Positions 1-8,882 of a stretch of 40,727 bases of DNA are shown one piece after another (the stretch's first letter is position 1; each line of letters begins with the position of its first letter). The notes under the pieces were generated by a model. The model saw nothing but the letters and a program-made list of their open reading frames with translations. It made no database searches and was not told the DNA's origin. A program made the translations under genes and the position numbers. Source of the DNA: Cyanobacteria bacterium J06626_4 (lineage in GTDB: Bacteria > Cyanobacteriota > Cyanobacteriia > Phormidesmidales > Phormidesmidaceae); assembly GCA_038523235.1 (NCBI GenBank), contig JBCBJQ010000050.1, positions 1 to 40,727 on the forward strand. The letters are read 5' to 3'.

Positions 1-76
1 TCCAATCACTGATGCCATCAAATTGTTCTCTCGGCTGAGAATTAGAAATCAGCTAACCCGTCTTATATCTAGTGAT

Positions 77-403
77 CTACGGCAAATCCTCCATTTCTTT
101 GATAGCGTCCTGGTAATCCTTTCTCAGGGAAGAAAAAGGGTTGGTATTTTCTGCCGAAAGGGGAGTCGACAGGTCTTCAGTCAGCTCTTCAAAAGAGCAG
201 TCAAGCGCTTGACATAGCAACTTGATCTGATAGAGCCATTTGCTGATGCTACGACCGTTTTCCCAATTAGCAATCGTATTTTCAGTGACGCCCAACTTGT
301 CAGAGAGTTGCCTCTGCGTAATTTGCAGATTTTCTCGCAGCTCTTTCAGTTTGGGTTTAGTCGGGTCCCATTGCTCTGAGTGTGTGTTATCCAGGTTGCT
401 CAT
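77..403 (-). CDS. XRE/Cro-CI family helix-turn-helix transcriptional regulator
   Basis: LKELRENLQITQRQLSDKLGVTENTIANWENGRS is a typical HTH_3 signature, followed by LCQALDCSFEEL. Confidence 0.9.
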   Translation of the reverse strand: MSNLDNTHSEQWDPTKPKLKELRENLQITQRQLSDKLGVTENTIANWENGRSISKWLYQIKLLCQALDCSFEELTEDLSTPLSAENTNPFSSLRKDYQDAIKEMEDLP

Positions 404-829
404 GTGTCTGAATATCAGCTAGGTAATCAAATTTAGCTTCAGGACTGATGTCATTGCCTCCAGCTTTTGTCCTGTCTCATCCCTAGGCTAAGGAAATCTA
501 GGTGACACCCCCACTGACGGGTGTTAGTGGCCCGTGCGTGAGCCCCAAGCTTGATGTCATCGTCTGGTTGCTAGAAGTTCCCTAATGGGAGGAATTGTAT
601 TGAACGGTATGGGGTTAGCGTAGTCTCTAATTTGGCAATCTGTAGCGCTAAGCAACCGCGAAGCAGCTCGCACTTGGTAGACACAGCAAACTCTATGCAC
701 CCGATAGTGAGCTGACGTGATTGCGGTCACGTCCTCAGCAGTTGGCGATCTAGATGGATTTTTCACCTGGGCCAATTTCCTGCCCCCTTAGTCTACAAGC
801 ACAATCATTTTCCCAGGTAAATTATTTGT

Positions 830-871
830 AACAATAACTTACCCCAAAAGTTTTTGGGGTAAGTTATTGTT
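830..871. promoter_or_regulatory. Perfect 20-bp inverted repeat with 2-nt spacer; candidate operator or bidirectional promoter
   Basis: AACAATAACTTACCCCAAAA-GT-TTTTGGGGTAAGTTATTGTT read directly; lies between divergent XRE and NfeD-like genes. Function is inferred. Confidence 0.6.
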
Positions 872-913
872 GTCTCAAAGGCCAACGACTTGCCTGAAGT
901 TCGGTGCTGCTGT

Positions 914-1085
914 CTGGTCAGTACGAGTCCCGGTGTCAACGCTTTCAGGATTACGCAGTGGTGTCCGGTTTTAGCCCCTCGCTCCCCGATATTGGGGAAG
1001 CCGGATGCACCTTCCTCCAAGCTGAGGAGAGGCAAAGGGGCGATGCGTAAGTTCTACTTTCGTGGTTTGACGCTGTCAGTACCAG
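914..1085 (+). ncRNA. Candidate structured RNA / 5' leader of unknown class
   Basis: Nested stems 914-918/1081-1085, 931-939/1067-1075, 951-957/1044-1050, 961-971/998-1008, 983-987/994-998, 1013-1017/1024-1028; the mismatches read as G-U pairs on the + strand. Confidence 0.45.
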
Positions 1086-1226
1086 GAAGGTCAGAGCGAT
1101 GTGTGTGTTCTCGTGACTTTTGAGCTTCTGACAGCCCTATAGCAGCGCCGAGTTGGCCTCACAGTTGGCGATTGCGGTCTGAGGGATTTTCGAAATTAGT
1201 GTGTTTAGGAATTTTGTGTGGAAACC

Positions 1227-1463
1227 ATGGAGCAAACTCCTATTACAGTTTGGAACCCGATTATGTACGGTGTGGTGGAAAGTGTGATTGCTGGGCCGAT
1301 TTCAGGCCATGTCAGGGTGATGGGCGTCACTTGGAAGGCACGTCTCTGTATTCCTCAGGCGGGCTACATTTTGGTGCCAGATACGCCGGTGATGGTATTT
1401 GGTTGCCACGGCGACACGCTACTCGTGCTGAGTACTGAAGCTCGAACTGAGGTGGCGACTTAA
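1227..1463 (+). CDS. Small NfeD-like (C-terminal OB-fold-only) protein
   Basis: GVVESVI..GHVRVMGVTWKARL...LVPDTPVMVFGCHGDTLLV matches the NfeD C-terminal pattern; ATG at 1227 (alternative GTG at 1218). Confidence 0.75.
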   Translation: MEQTPITVWNPIMYGVVESVIAGPISGHVRVMGVTWKARLCIPQAGYILVPDTPVMVFGCHGDTLLVLSTEARTEVAT

Positions 1464-1777
1464 GCCAGCATCCGCAATATTCTGTGGGTGGGGCAGAACC
1501 CTATGGAGCGCCCTGTGGCAAGAGCACAGGTCTACACAAATCTGCAAAGCTCGACAAGGTGTCCTGTAAGCAGAACAAATCCTATGAATTCAACGGCTAT
1601 ATTCATTGCTTTTGTCTTTTGCCGTTGTTTTTACCTTTTGCCTTTGACCATCGGCTAGAGACCATAGGTAAAGGCAGGATGGATTTGGTTCAACGGGACG
1701 AGGAGATAGTCCGGCCTGGAGCGGGGGGCGTGGATGGACTGGCAGAGAAACGGCCGAGGATGCAAGGTGCAGGGGGC

Positions 1778-1826
1778 TTAATCCTCGAACCTTTAACCCT
1801 GAACCTCATACCTTTAACCCTGAACC
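1778..1826 (+). repeat. Heptamer tandem repeat (STRR-like, approx. YTNAACC x7)
   Basis: ttaatcc tcgaacc tttaacc ctgaacc tcatacc tttaacc ctgaacc. Confidence 0.75.
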
Positions 1827-1886
1827 CACCCCTTTAGCCCCACTATTTCTGCCCTCGATTAATGATTGTGATATGCTCAAAATCGT

Positions 1887-2000
1887 TGAAGGGGAGTAGC
1901 TCTGGGATCTCTCATCCCAATGTCTAAATCAACATACTGGTGATGAACCTGGTTTAGACAGCAAGCGCCAGATATTGATCGTTTGTTAGCGAGACCTTCA
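1887..2000 (+). ncRNA. yybP-ykoY manganese riboswitch
   Basis: TGAAGGGGAGTAGC at the 5' end, central TCAACATAC loop, GCGAGACCTTCA at the 3' end pairing with TGAAGG; directly upstream of a UPF0016 gene. Confidence 0.9.
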
Positions 2001-2084
2001 CTGAGTCCACGGTTTAAGTGGGCTTGGTGAGGTCTGCTTAGATACTCGTCATGCCTGCTGAGCCACACTACACATGGCTAAGGC

Positions 2085-2723
2085 ATGAGCATATTGACTG
2101 GATTTACCGCAGGGTTATTGCTAATTACCCTGTCTGAACTGGGCGACAAAACCTTTTTTATCGGGGCGTTGCTAGCCATGCGTCATCCCCGGCGCTGGGT
2201 ATTTGTGGGGATGACGGCGGCTCTGTCTACCATGACGGTGTTGTCAGTGTTGCTCGGACAAGTAGCGACCCTAATGCCGCTGCATTACGTCAAATGGGCA
2301 GCTGTTATCTTATTTATCGGCGGTGGGGCCAAGCTGCTATACGACGCGGCGGCGATGGGGGCAAACGACACCTTAGACGATGAGCAAGCCGCCGCCTGTG
2401 CCGCGATTCACCAACAGCCTACTTTCTCCTCGCGATGGGGTTTAGCCCCCGCAATTGTGCTGCGAGCCTTTACCCTCACCTTTGTGGCGGAGTGGGGCGA
2501 TCGCACCCAGTTGGCCACGCTGACGTTGGCAGCAACCCATTCGCCGTTGGGGGTGATGATGGGCGCGACGTTAGGTCATGCCATTTGTGCGGCGATCGCG
2601 GTCGTCAGCGGCAAGTGGATCGCGGGCAAACTTTCGGAGCGCTGGCTGACCACGATGAGTGGGGGCCTGTTTCTGCTATTTGGAGTCGTTGCCGCCTTCG
2701 CCGTCATCAACGGCAGCGACTAA
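2085..2723 (+). CDS. UPF0016/TMEM165/GDT1 family Mn2+/Ca2+ exporter
   Basis: Two family motifs, ELGDKT and EWGDRTQ; about 6 TM segments. Confidence 0.95.
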   Translation: MSILTGFTAGLLLITLSELGDKTFFIGALLAMRHPRRWVFVGMTAALSTMTVLSVLLGQVATLMPLHYVKWAAVILFIGGGAKLLYDAAAMGANDTLDDEQAAACAAIHQQPTFSSRWGLAPAIVLRAFTLTFVAEWGDRTQLATLTLAATHSPLGVMMGATLGHAICAAIAVVSGKWIAGKLSERWLTTMSGGLFLLFGVVAAFAVINGSD

Positions 2724-2847
2724 ACGCCCTGAGCCTGGGCATCGGTCAGCTTGAGCAAAGTTGCGGTGTTCTCCAACGCTATACCCTGGCGGATGGCTGC
2801 TGCAGCCTAGACGATGAGTATGGGTTTGAGCTTACAAGCGACAGCAC

Positions 2848-3219
2848 TTAGGAGAAGCTCGGCACCAGTCCGATTAGCTGGAGCACCCAAGTCAAAATGC
2901 TGTTAATGAACGTCAGTGCCAAGGCTCCAATAATGGCACTCATGATGCCCCACCGGAGGCGAAACCCTTCGACCAGCATGGCTGCCAAGCCAAAGACCAC
3001 GATGCTGATCGTCAGAGGAATCAACCCCAGGCTGATAACAGCACCAAAGGTGCGCAGGCCCTCGGGCAAAAAGTGGTAAATACCGTTTAAGACGCCGATG
3101 ATGGCCCCGCCCATCAAAGCTTTAGCAGGGCTATCAATTTCTACCCCTGTCGGCAGTAGAGAAATCAGCCAGAGACTGACGGCAAGCACTACGACCGTAA
3201 TTAGAAATCCGATAATCAT
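2848..3219 (-). CDS. 4-TM membrane protein, phage holin 4_2 / YvlD family
   Basis: Four hydrophobic helices with GVEIDSPAKAL, SLGLIPLTI and LVEGFRLRWG motifs typical of cyanobacterial YvlD-like proteins. Confidence 0.8.
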   Translation of the reverse strand: MIIGFLITVVVLAVSLWLISLLPTGVEIDSPAKALMGGAIIGVLNGIYHFLPEGLRTFGAVISLGLIPLTISIVVFGLAAMLVEGFRLRWGIMSAIIGALALTFINSILTWVLQLIGLVPSFS

Positions 3220-3743
3220 TTTGAAAATTCCTTGTTTTTAACGAGTTTTTTAACATCGGTTGCTTTCGGAAAATCCAGCCCAATCACCGGGACTGGTAGA
3301 AATCACGGCATCATCCTGGGGCGATCGCATGAGGAAAACCATTCAGTGATGGCCAGCAAGTAGGTCTTTTCGCCCCCACGTCATCTACCCGCAGCTGGCA
3401 ATGCTGCGCTGCGAGCCAGACAAGACCCCACTCAGCGAGAACCCGGCAAATCTGCGCGTACAGAACCAGGAATTCCGACGATCGCCCGATCACGCTCATT
3501 TGCTTGATTATTCAACAGTATTTCATTTGACCATTTGCATTAGTTCAAGTAAATCTTAAGATTCGACATAGCCTGATGAGGCCGATAGGCATCGTCGAGC
3601 AACCGGTCGCGGCGGTGCAGCGGTTACCCATCTGACAATTGCTCTGGCCAGAAAAATTGCTGCCAATTAGTGGGCTTAAAAGGCTCGGGGCGGCTCCTGT
3701 GCGGGCTTGATACCAATTCTGCACAGGAGCGCTATAGATCGGA

Positions 3744-3780
3744 GAGCCCCCGTTATCGCTGCCCCCTTGTCGAAGGGGGC
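3744..3780 (-). repeat. Partial copy of the dispersed CCCCTT..AAGGGGG palindromic element found at 8646-8734
   Basis: Minus strand AAGGGGGCAGCGATAACGGGGG versus AAGGGGGCGGCGACAGCGGGGG at about 8709-8730 (3 mismatches in 22). Confidence 0.65.
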
Positions 3781-3964
3781 TACACACTTTTTTGATGTGT
3801 AGTCCAAATTCAGCGAATTGGTATGACTCATCAAAAGAAAAGATGGGAGCGATCGCCCCACAAAATTCCATAACTAAACAGCCCCTTTTGTGAAGATCGG
3901 CAGACCGCGTCACCCGCTGGAGTCAACCTTTGGTCCAGACAGTCGTTGCCAGCGGCAGCACAAT

Positions 3965-5572
3965 TTATTGATAAGCGTTCAGCAATGCCTGAGCCGTTTC
4001 GAGGGTGTCGGCTTCGGCCACTGGTTTATCATCACGCCAACGCAAAATGCGGGGAAAGCGTACAGAGATGCCCGACTTGTGACGCTTGGATTCAGCGATG
4101 CCCTCAAAGCCAATTTCAAACACGTGGAGCGGCTGCACCGAGCGAACGGGGCCAAAGCGCTCGACGGTGTGGCGGCGAATCCACTTGTCGAGCTGGTCGA
4201 TTTCTTTGTTGTCTAAGCCGGAATAGGCCTTGGCAAAGGGTACCAGTTCGTCTGCTTTCCACAGCGCAAAGGTGTAGTCGGTGAAGAGATTGGCGCGTTT
4301 GCCACTGCCTGCCTGAGCGTAGATCAATACGGCATCCAGCGTCATCGGGTCAACCTTATATTTCCACCAGTAGCCGCGCTTGCGACCGACTAGATAGGGA
4401 CTGTCCCGGGCTTTGAGCACCAGTCCTTCGGCTCCGGTCTCCCGCGATCGCGCCCGCAGCGCCACCAAGTCGTCAAACGAGTCAAACGTTAACGGCTGTG
4501 ATCGACTGATGCGGTCATCCACCTGAGCTGCCAGCAGATCGGTGAGTTGGGCTTTGCGATCGCGCAGCGGCTGCTCACGAATATCTTGGCCTGCCTGTTC
4601 TAACAGGTCGTAGGCGACAAAGTGAACCGGGCTCTCGGTCATCACCTTTTTGGTGACGCGCTTGCGACCTAAGCGCTTTTGCAAATGGTTAAAGCTGAGG
4701 GGGCGATCGCCCTGCCAGCAGAGAATCTCGCCATCCAACACGTGACCATTGGGGAAGGCCTGAAACGCTTCCACGATTTCAGGAAACTGTTCGGTGACCA
4801 AATCTTCCCCCCGCGACCAAATAAACACCTCATCCGCCCGTTTGATCACCTGGGCACGAATGCCGTCCCATTTCCACTCCGCTAGCCAGTGGGACATCTC
4901 CTCCTCACGAAATTTTGCTTCGTCAATCTGCGAGGCTAAAAAGAAGGGATAGGGCTGGCTGGGGGCCGTCTCGATCGCCTCCTGACTAAGTAAATTGGCG
5001 TAAAACTCGACGGTGGGCTCAAAGTCACCCATGAGGCGATGGGCCAACACCGCCTCGGGAATCTCGGACGCAGCGGCTAGCCCCTTGATCACGAGCTTGG
5101 CCGACGCCCCCACCCGAAAAGCACCGGTCAGCATCTTATTGAGCACAAAGATTTCGGCATCGTCGAGCGATCGCCACCAAGACACGATCAGCTCGTGGCG
5201 CTCTGCTTCCGATTCAACTTGCTTTACGAGGGGAATAATCTGCTCCATCCATTCATGTAAAGGCACATCAGCGGCGGAGCTACCCTGCAAGGGGGTATCG
5301 CGCAGCAGCAGGGCGATCACCTCAGCCGAATCGCCTACATGGGCATAGCAGTCTTTAAACAGCCATTCCGGCAGATTCGAAATGCTGAGATAAACGTCGC
5401 GCAGCACCCGCGAGGTGACCAGCCGCCGCCGCGTTTTGTTCAGCAGCAAGTACAGCGCCCATACGGCGTTGGCCGGGGTCTCCGTAACGAAGTATTGGCG
5501 CATGGCCTCGACCTTAGCGTTCGTCGAGGTGGTGGCGTCGATCGCTTGAAAAAGTTCAGTAAACCGCTTCAT
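3965..5572 (-). CDS. ATP-dependent DNA ligase (DNA-damage-response type)
   Basis: Motif I EWKWDGIR, motif III LDGE, motif IV EGLVLK, WWKYK, and RFPRILRWRDDK in the OB domain. Confidence 0.95.
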   Translation of the reverse strand: MKRFTELFQAIDATTSTNAKVEAMRQYFVTETPANAVWALYLLLNKTRRRLVTSRVLRDVYLSISNLPEWLFKDCYAHVGDSAEVIALLLRDTPLQGSSAADVPLHEWMEQIIPLVKQVESEAERHELIVSWWRSLDDAEIFVLNKMLTGAFRVGASAKLVIKGLAAASEIPEAVLAHRLMGDFEPTVEFYANLLSQEAIETAPSQPYPFFLASQIDEAKFREEEMSHWLAEWKWDGIRAQVIKRADEVFIWSRGEDLVTEQFPEIVEAFQAFPNGHVLDGEILCWQGDRPLSFNHLQKRLGRKRVTKKVMTESPVHFVAYDLLEQAGQDIREQPLRDRKAQLTDLLAAQVDDRISRSQPLTFDSFDDLVALRARSRETGAEGLVLKARDSPYLVGRKRGYWWKYKVDPMTLDAVLIYAQAGSGKRANLFTDYTFALWKADELVPFAKAYSGLDNKEIDQLDKWIRRHTVERFGPVRSVQPLHVFEIGFEGIAESKRHKSGISVRFPRILRWRDDKPVAEADTLETAQALLNAYQ

Positions 5573-5775
5573 ACTGCTGCAAAACTCATCGCGGACTCGG
5601 TCGGCCCCTCGTCATTATGACGCTGATAAGTCGGTGTCCGTCATGATCGTCGGGTGCGTCATCGCTTGGTATGACGCCCTAAAGCGAATCGGGTGGAATC
5701 GCAACACCCCCCATCACCTCCCTGGAAGGACGGCTCTCTGCTTACCCGGTCGTGAGGGATGCCGCCAACCGCCCG

Positions 5776-5811
5776 AAAAAATACCCGTCAGAAAAATATC
5801 TCTCTGACGGG
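5776..5811 (-). terminator. Intrinsic terminator of petJ
   Basis: CCCGTCAGA/TCTGACGGG stem followed by TATTTTTT on the minus strand. Confidence 0.7.
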
Positions 5812-5858
5812 CGAGGTTCGTATGAAACGCTGTTAAAAGATGATGCAAGAAGATGGCT

Positions 5859-6203
5859 TTAGGTGGGCCAGCCCAGATCCGCCTGCTCTAGCACATAGTC
5901 AGCCACGGACTCGATTTCTTCTGGGGTGAGCCGATTGCCAAAGGGCGGCATGGCGTTTTTACCATTGGTCACCTGATACACGATCGCCTCTTGCGAATAC
6001 ATGTCGTACTTTTCGAGGGCATTTTTCTGCAAGTTTTTGCCGACAATGATGCGGTTAGTGCCGAGGGCATGACAGGCTGCGCAATTGGCCTTAAAGACCT
6101 GCGTCCCTTCAGCGGCTCCGGCCCAAGCAGTCGCAGGTTGCAGCGACCACAAAGCGGCGGTGGCCACGATGGCAACGACGACCGCACAAAATTTACTCAA
6201 CAT
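5859..6203 (-). CDS. petJ: Cytochrome c6 (c553) family protein
   Basis: Signal peptide ending AWA, heme motif CAACH, axial Met in GKNAMPPF; could be a c6B/c6C-type paralog. Confidence 0.85.
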   Translation of the reverse strand: MLSKFCAVVVAIVATAALWSLQPATAWAGAAEGTQVFKANCAACHALGTNRIIVGKNLQKNALEKYDMYSQEAIVYQVTNGKNAMPPFGNRLTPEEIESVADYVLEQADLGWPT

Positions 6204-6322
6204 AAAGATTCAGGCCAAGTCCTTAAACTCTCCACTAAGCGTAGCTTTAAAATCTCCTGTATGGGGAGATTTTCTTGGATTTTCCTAATTCGTTTAGCCT
6301 TTGGGCGCTCGCATTGGCCCGA

Positions 6323-6862
6323 TCACCGCGCCGACTCAGTGGTGGCTGGGCGACAAAAGAGGCGCAGTTCGTGCCCGCCGTAGTAGTCATGACTGATGCC
6401 CAACTCCTTCATGCCCAACCGCTGCGTTACCTTGACGGAGCGATCGTTGTCGAGCAGCGTCACGGCATAAATTCCCGGCAGTTGCAGCGTGTCAAAGCCA
6501 TAGGTCATCACCGCCTGAGCGGCTTCCGTCGCATAGCCCCGGCCCCAACTTTCGGGCCGCAAGTGCCAGCCAATTTCAATCTTGCCGCTGGGGGCGTTCT
6601 CCCGATTCGGCAGAGGCATCAGCAGCACCGTGCCCACGACGCCTTGCTGATCGAGCACCGCCCAGCAGCCCAATCCTGGAAAATCTTTAGCGCGATCGCA
6701 GTAGCGCTTGAGCCGCGCCTGCACCGCCGCCACGGTCGTATCCAGCGATTTATCGCCAATCCACTGAGTCACGGCTGGGTTGCCGTAGATAGCGATCGCG
6801 GCGGCGGCATCCGCCTCCGGCTGCCAATCGCGAATGAGCAGTCGTGCTGTTGTGAGCTGCAT
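6323..6862 (-). CDS. GNAT N-acetyltransferase, RimJ/RimL family
   Basis: LTTARLLIR, IEIGWHL..SWGRGYATEAA, N.RS.KVTQRLGM; likely ATG at 6862 (ORF open to 6904). Confidence 0.9.
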   Translation of the reverse strand: MQLTTARLLIRDWQPEADAAAAIAIYGNPAVTQWIGDKSLDTTVAAVQARLKRYCDRAKDFPGLGCWAVLDQQGVVGTVLLMPLPNRENAPSGKIEIGWHLRPESWGRGYATEAAQAVMTYGFDTLQLPGIYAVTLLDNDRSVKVTQRLGMKELGISHDYYGGHELRLFCRPATTESAR

Positions 6863-7177
6863 AGGGTCTCGTTTCATCCCAGGTCTTGACCTCAGCATAG
6901 GCAAATTGCGGTGATCTGAGGCAGCGTGAATTGGGGCGCTGGGCGAGCAGTTCTCTCTTGGTTTTCACGGATTGATGACAAATTCCGGCCTTTGATAGAT
7001 ATTCTTCGCTGTATTCCAAAGAAAACCTTTGGGATAAATCGCCTGCCGAAAAAGTTGATTACCCTAAACACATCCAGCTGTGATGCACGGCCCCAGAGTC
7101 ACCCCGCGTGTCATTTCAGGGCCAGCCTGCTATCAGCCTCCAGATTGTTCGCTTAGGCAAATTCAGAGAGACTTTTT

Positions 7178-8602
7178 ATGGCACAGAGTTTTGGAGTTAT
7201 CGGCCTGGCGGTCATGGGTGAAAACCTGGCCTTAAACGTCGAACGCAATGGCTTTCCCGTCGCGGTTTACAACCGCTCGCGCGAAAAGACTGATAAATTC
7301 ATGGCCGAACGAGCCGGTGGCAAAAACGTCAAAGCCGCCTACTCCCTAGAAGATTTTGTCGCGTCTTTAGAGCGGCCTCGGCGCATTTTGGTGATGGTGA
7401 AAGCCGGTGGCCCGGTGGATGCCGTGATCAGTCAACTCAAGCCGCTGCTTGATCAAGACGACATGATTATCGACGGCGGCAACTCGCTATATGAAGACAC
7501 CGAGCGTCGCGTCAAAGAGCTAGAGCCCACGGGCTTGGGCTTTATTGGCATGGGCGTCAGCGGCGGTGAAGAAGGGGCGCTCAACGGCCCCAGCTTAATG
7601 CCCGGTGGCACTCGCGCTGCCTATGCCGAAATCGAGCATATCGTCACTAAAATTGCCGCTCAGGTCGATGACGGCCCTTGTGTGACCTACATTGGCCCCG
7701 GTGGCGCCGGTCACTACGTCAAGATGGTGCACAACGGCATTGAGTATGGCGACATGCAGCTCATTGCCGAAGCCTACGATTTGATGAAAAACGTCTTGGG
7801 CCTCAATCATGAGCAGCTTCATGAGGTGTTTGCCGAGTGGAATTTAACCGAAGAGCTGGATTCCTTTCTGATTGAAATCAGCACCGATATTTTCACCAAT
7901 TTGGATGCCGACACCGGTAAGCCCCTGGTCGAAATGATTGTGGATGCCGCTGGCCAGAAGGGCACCGGTCGCTGGACTGTGATGAGCGCCCTCGAAATGG
8001 GCGTCGCGATTCCCACCATTACGGCGGCGGTGAATGCTCGCATCATGTCCTCGATCAAGCCAGAACGGGTGGCCGCGTCGAAGGAACTCAGTGGCCCGAG
8101 CAAAAAGTTTGAAGGCGATATTCAAGCGACCATCGGCAAAATCCGCGATGCGCTTTATTGCTCCAAAATTTGCTCCTATGCTCAAGGCATGGCACTGATT
8201 GGTAAGGCCTCGCAAACCTACGACTACGGTATCGACCTGGGCGAAACGGCCCGCATCTGGAAAGGGGGCTGCATCATTCGCGCCCGCTTTTTGAACAAGA
8301 TCAAGCATGCCTATGACGAGAACCCGAGTCTCGCCAACCTGCTGCTGGCGCCTGAGTTCAAGCAAACCATTTTGGATCGCCAAGCGGCTTGGCGTGAGGT
8401 GGTTTCAATGGCAGCAGAACTGGGCATTCCCGTCCCGGCCTTTAGCGCGTCGTTGGATTACTTCGATAGCTACCGCCGCGATCGCCTACCGCAAAACCTG
8501 ACTCAGGCTCAGCGCGACTACTTTGGCGCGCACACCTATGAGCGGGTCGATAAGGAAGGCACCTTCCACACCGAATGGACTAAGGCTCCGGCTAAGGTCT
8601 AA
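7178..8602 (+). CDS. gnd: NADP-dependent 6-phosphogluconate dehydrogenase (decarboxylating)
   Basis: GLAVMGENLALN, VSGGEEGA, KMVHNGIEYGDMQL, QAQRDYFGAHTY. Confidence 0.98.
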   Translation: MAQSFGVIGLAVMGENLALNVERNGFPVAVYNRSREKTDKFMAERAGGKNVKAAYSLEDFVASLERPRRILVMVKAGGPVDAVISQLKPLLDQDDMIIDGGNSLYEDTERRVKELEPTGLGFIGMGVSGGEEGALNGPSLMPGGTRAAYAEIEHIVTKIAAQVDDGPCVTYIGPGGAGHYVKMVHNGIEYGDMQLIAEAYDLMKNVLGLNHEQLHEVFAEWNLTEELDSFLIEISTDIFTNLDADTGKPLVEMIVDAAGQKGTGRWTVMSALEMGVAIPTITAAVNARIMSSIKPERVAASKELSGPSKKFEGDIQATIGKIRDALYCSKICSYAQGMALIGKASQTYDYGIDLGETARIWKGGCIIRARFLNKIKHAYDENPSLANLLLAPEFKQTILDRQAAWREVVSMAAELGIPVPAFSASLDYFDSYRRDRLPQNLTQAQRDYFGAHTYERVDKEGTFHTEWTKAPAKV

Positions 8603-8645
8603 GTACAGCGTAAATTAAGTTTTTGGCCGTTAGTGACGGAGGCTT

Positions 8646-8734
8646 GATCCCCCCACCCCCCTTGAAAAAGGGGGTAACCCAATCCTGGATGTGAATCGCC
8701 TCCTTGAAAAAGGGGGCGGCGACAGCGGGGGGAT
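8646..8734. repeat. Cyanobacterial palindromic dispersed repeat / MITE-like element
   Basis: Terminal inverted GATCCCCCC...GGGGGGATC enclosing two CCTTGAAAA(A)GGGGG hairpins; may act as the gnd terminator. Confidence 0.7.
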
Positions 8735-8882
8735 CACACAGCAACGCTAAACCGGACTGTGCCAAACTCCTGCGATCGAAACGTTGTTTAAGCACCGCCC
8801 TTATTACTCGCACCGGGCTGCTTATGGCACAATCTCACACAGTTGAGCGTTGCCCCAAGCGGCCCGGTTTTTAGTAACCCCT

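Noticed and set aside
993..1010. GGGGAAGCCGGATGCA resembles the cobalamin riboswitch core
   Set aside because: The downstream CCCGC-ACTGT and B12-box elements are absent
1778..1826. TTTAACC repeats as a Pho box
   Set aside because: Period is 7 bp, not the 11 bp required for SphR sites
1484..1837. 117-aa ORF, and a nested 24-aa hydrophobic ORF at 1584
   Set aside because: No recognisable domain; the end is translated heptamer repeat; coding status unsupported
2848..3219. Holin as evidence of a prophage
   Set aside because: YvlD-type proteins are common chromosomal genes; no phage genes, integrase or att sites nearby
3573..3594. CTGATGAGGCCGATAGGC resembles a hammerhead ribozyme core
   Set aside because: The essential GAAA after stem II is replaced by ATCG and no stem I/III with a cleavage triplet is evident
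3680..3816. Minus-strand CGCTGAAT...CCCGAGCC as a c-di-AMP (ydaO) riboswitch
   Set aside because: Lacks GGGGTGAAT and GTCAGCTAAC elements; G-U pairs favour the opposite strand
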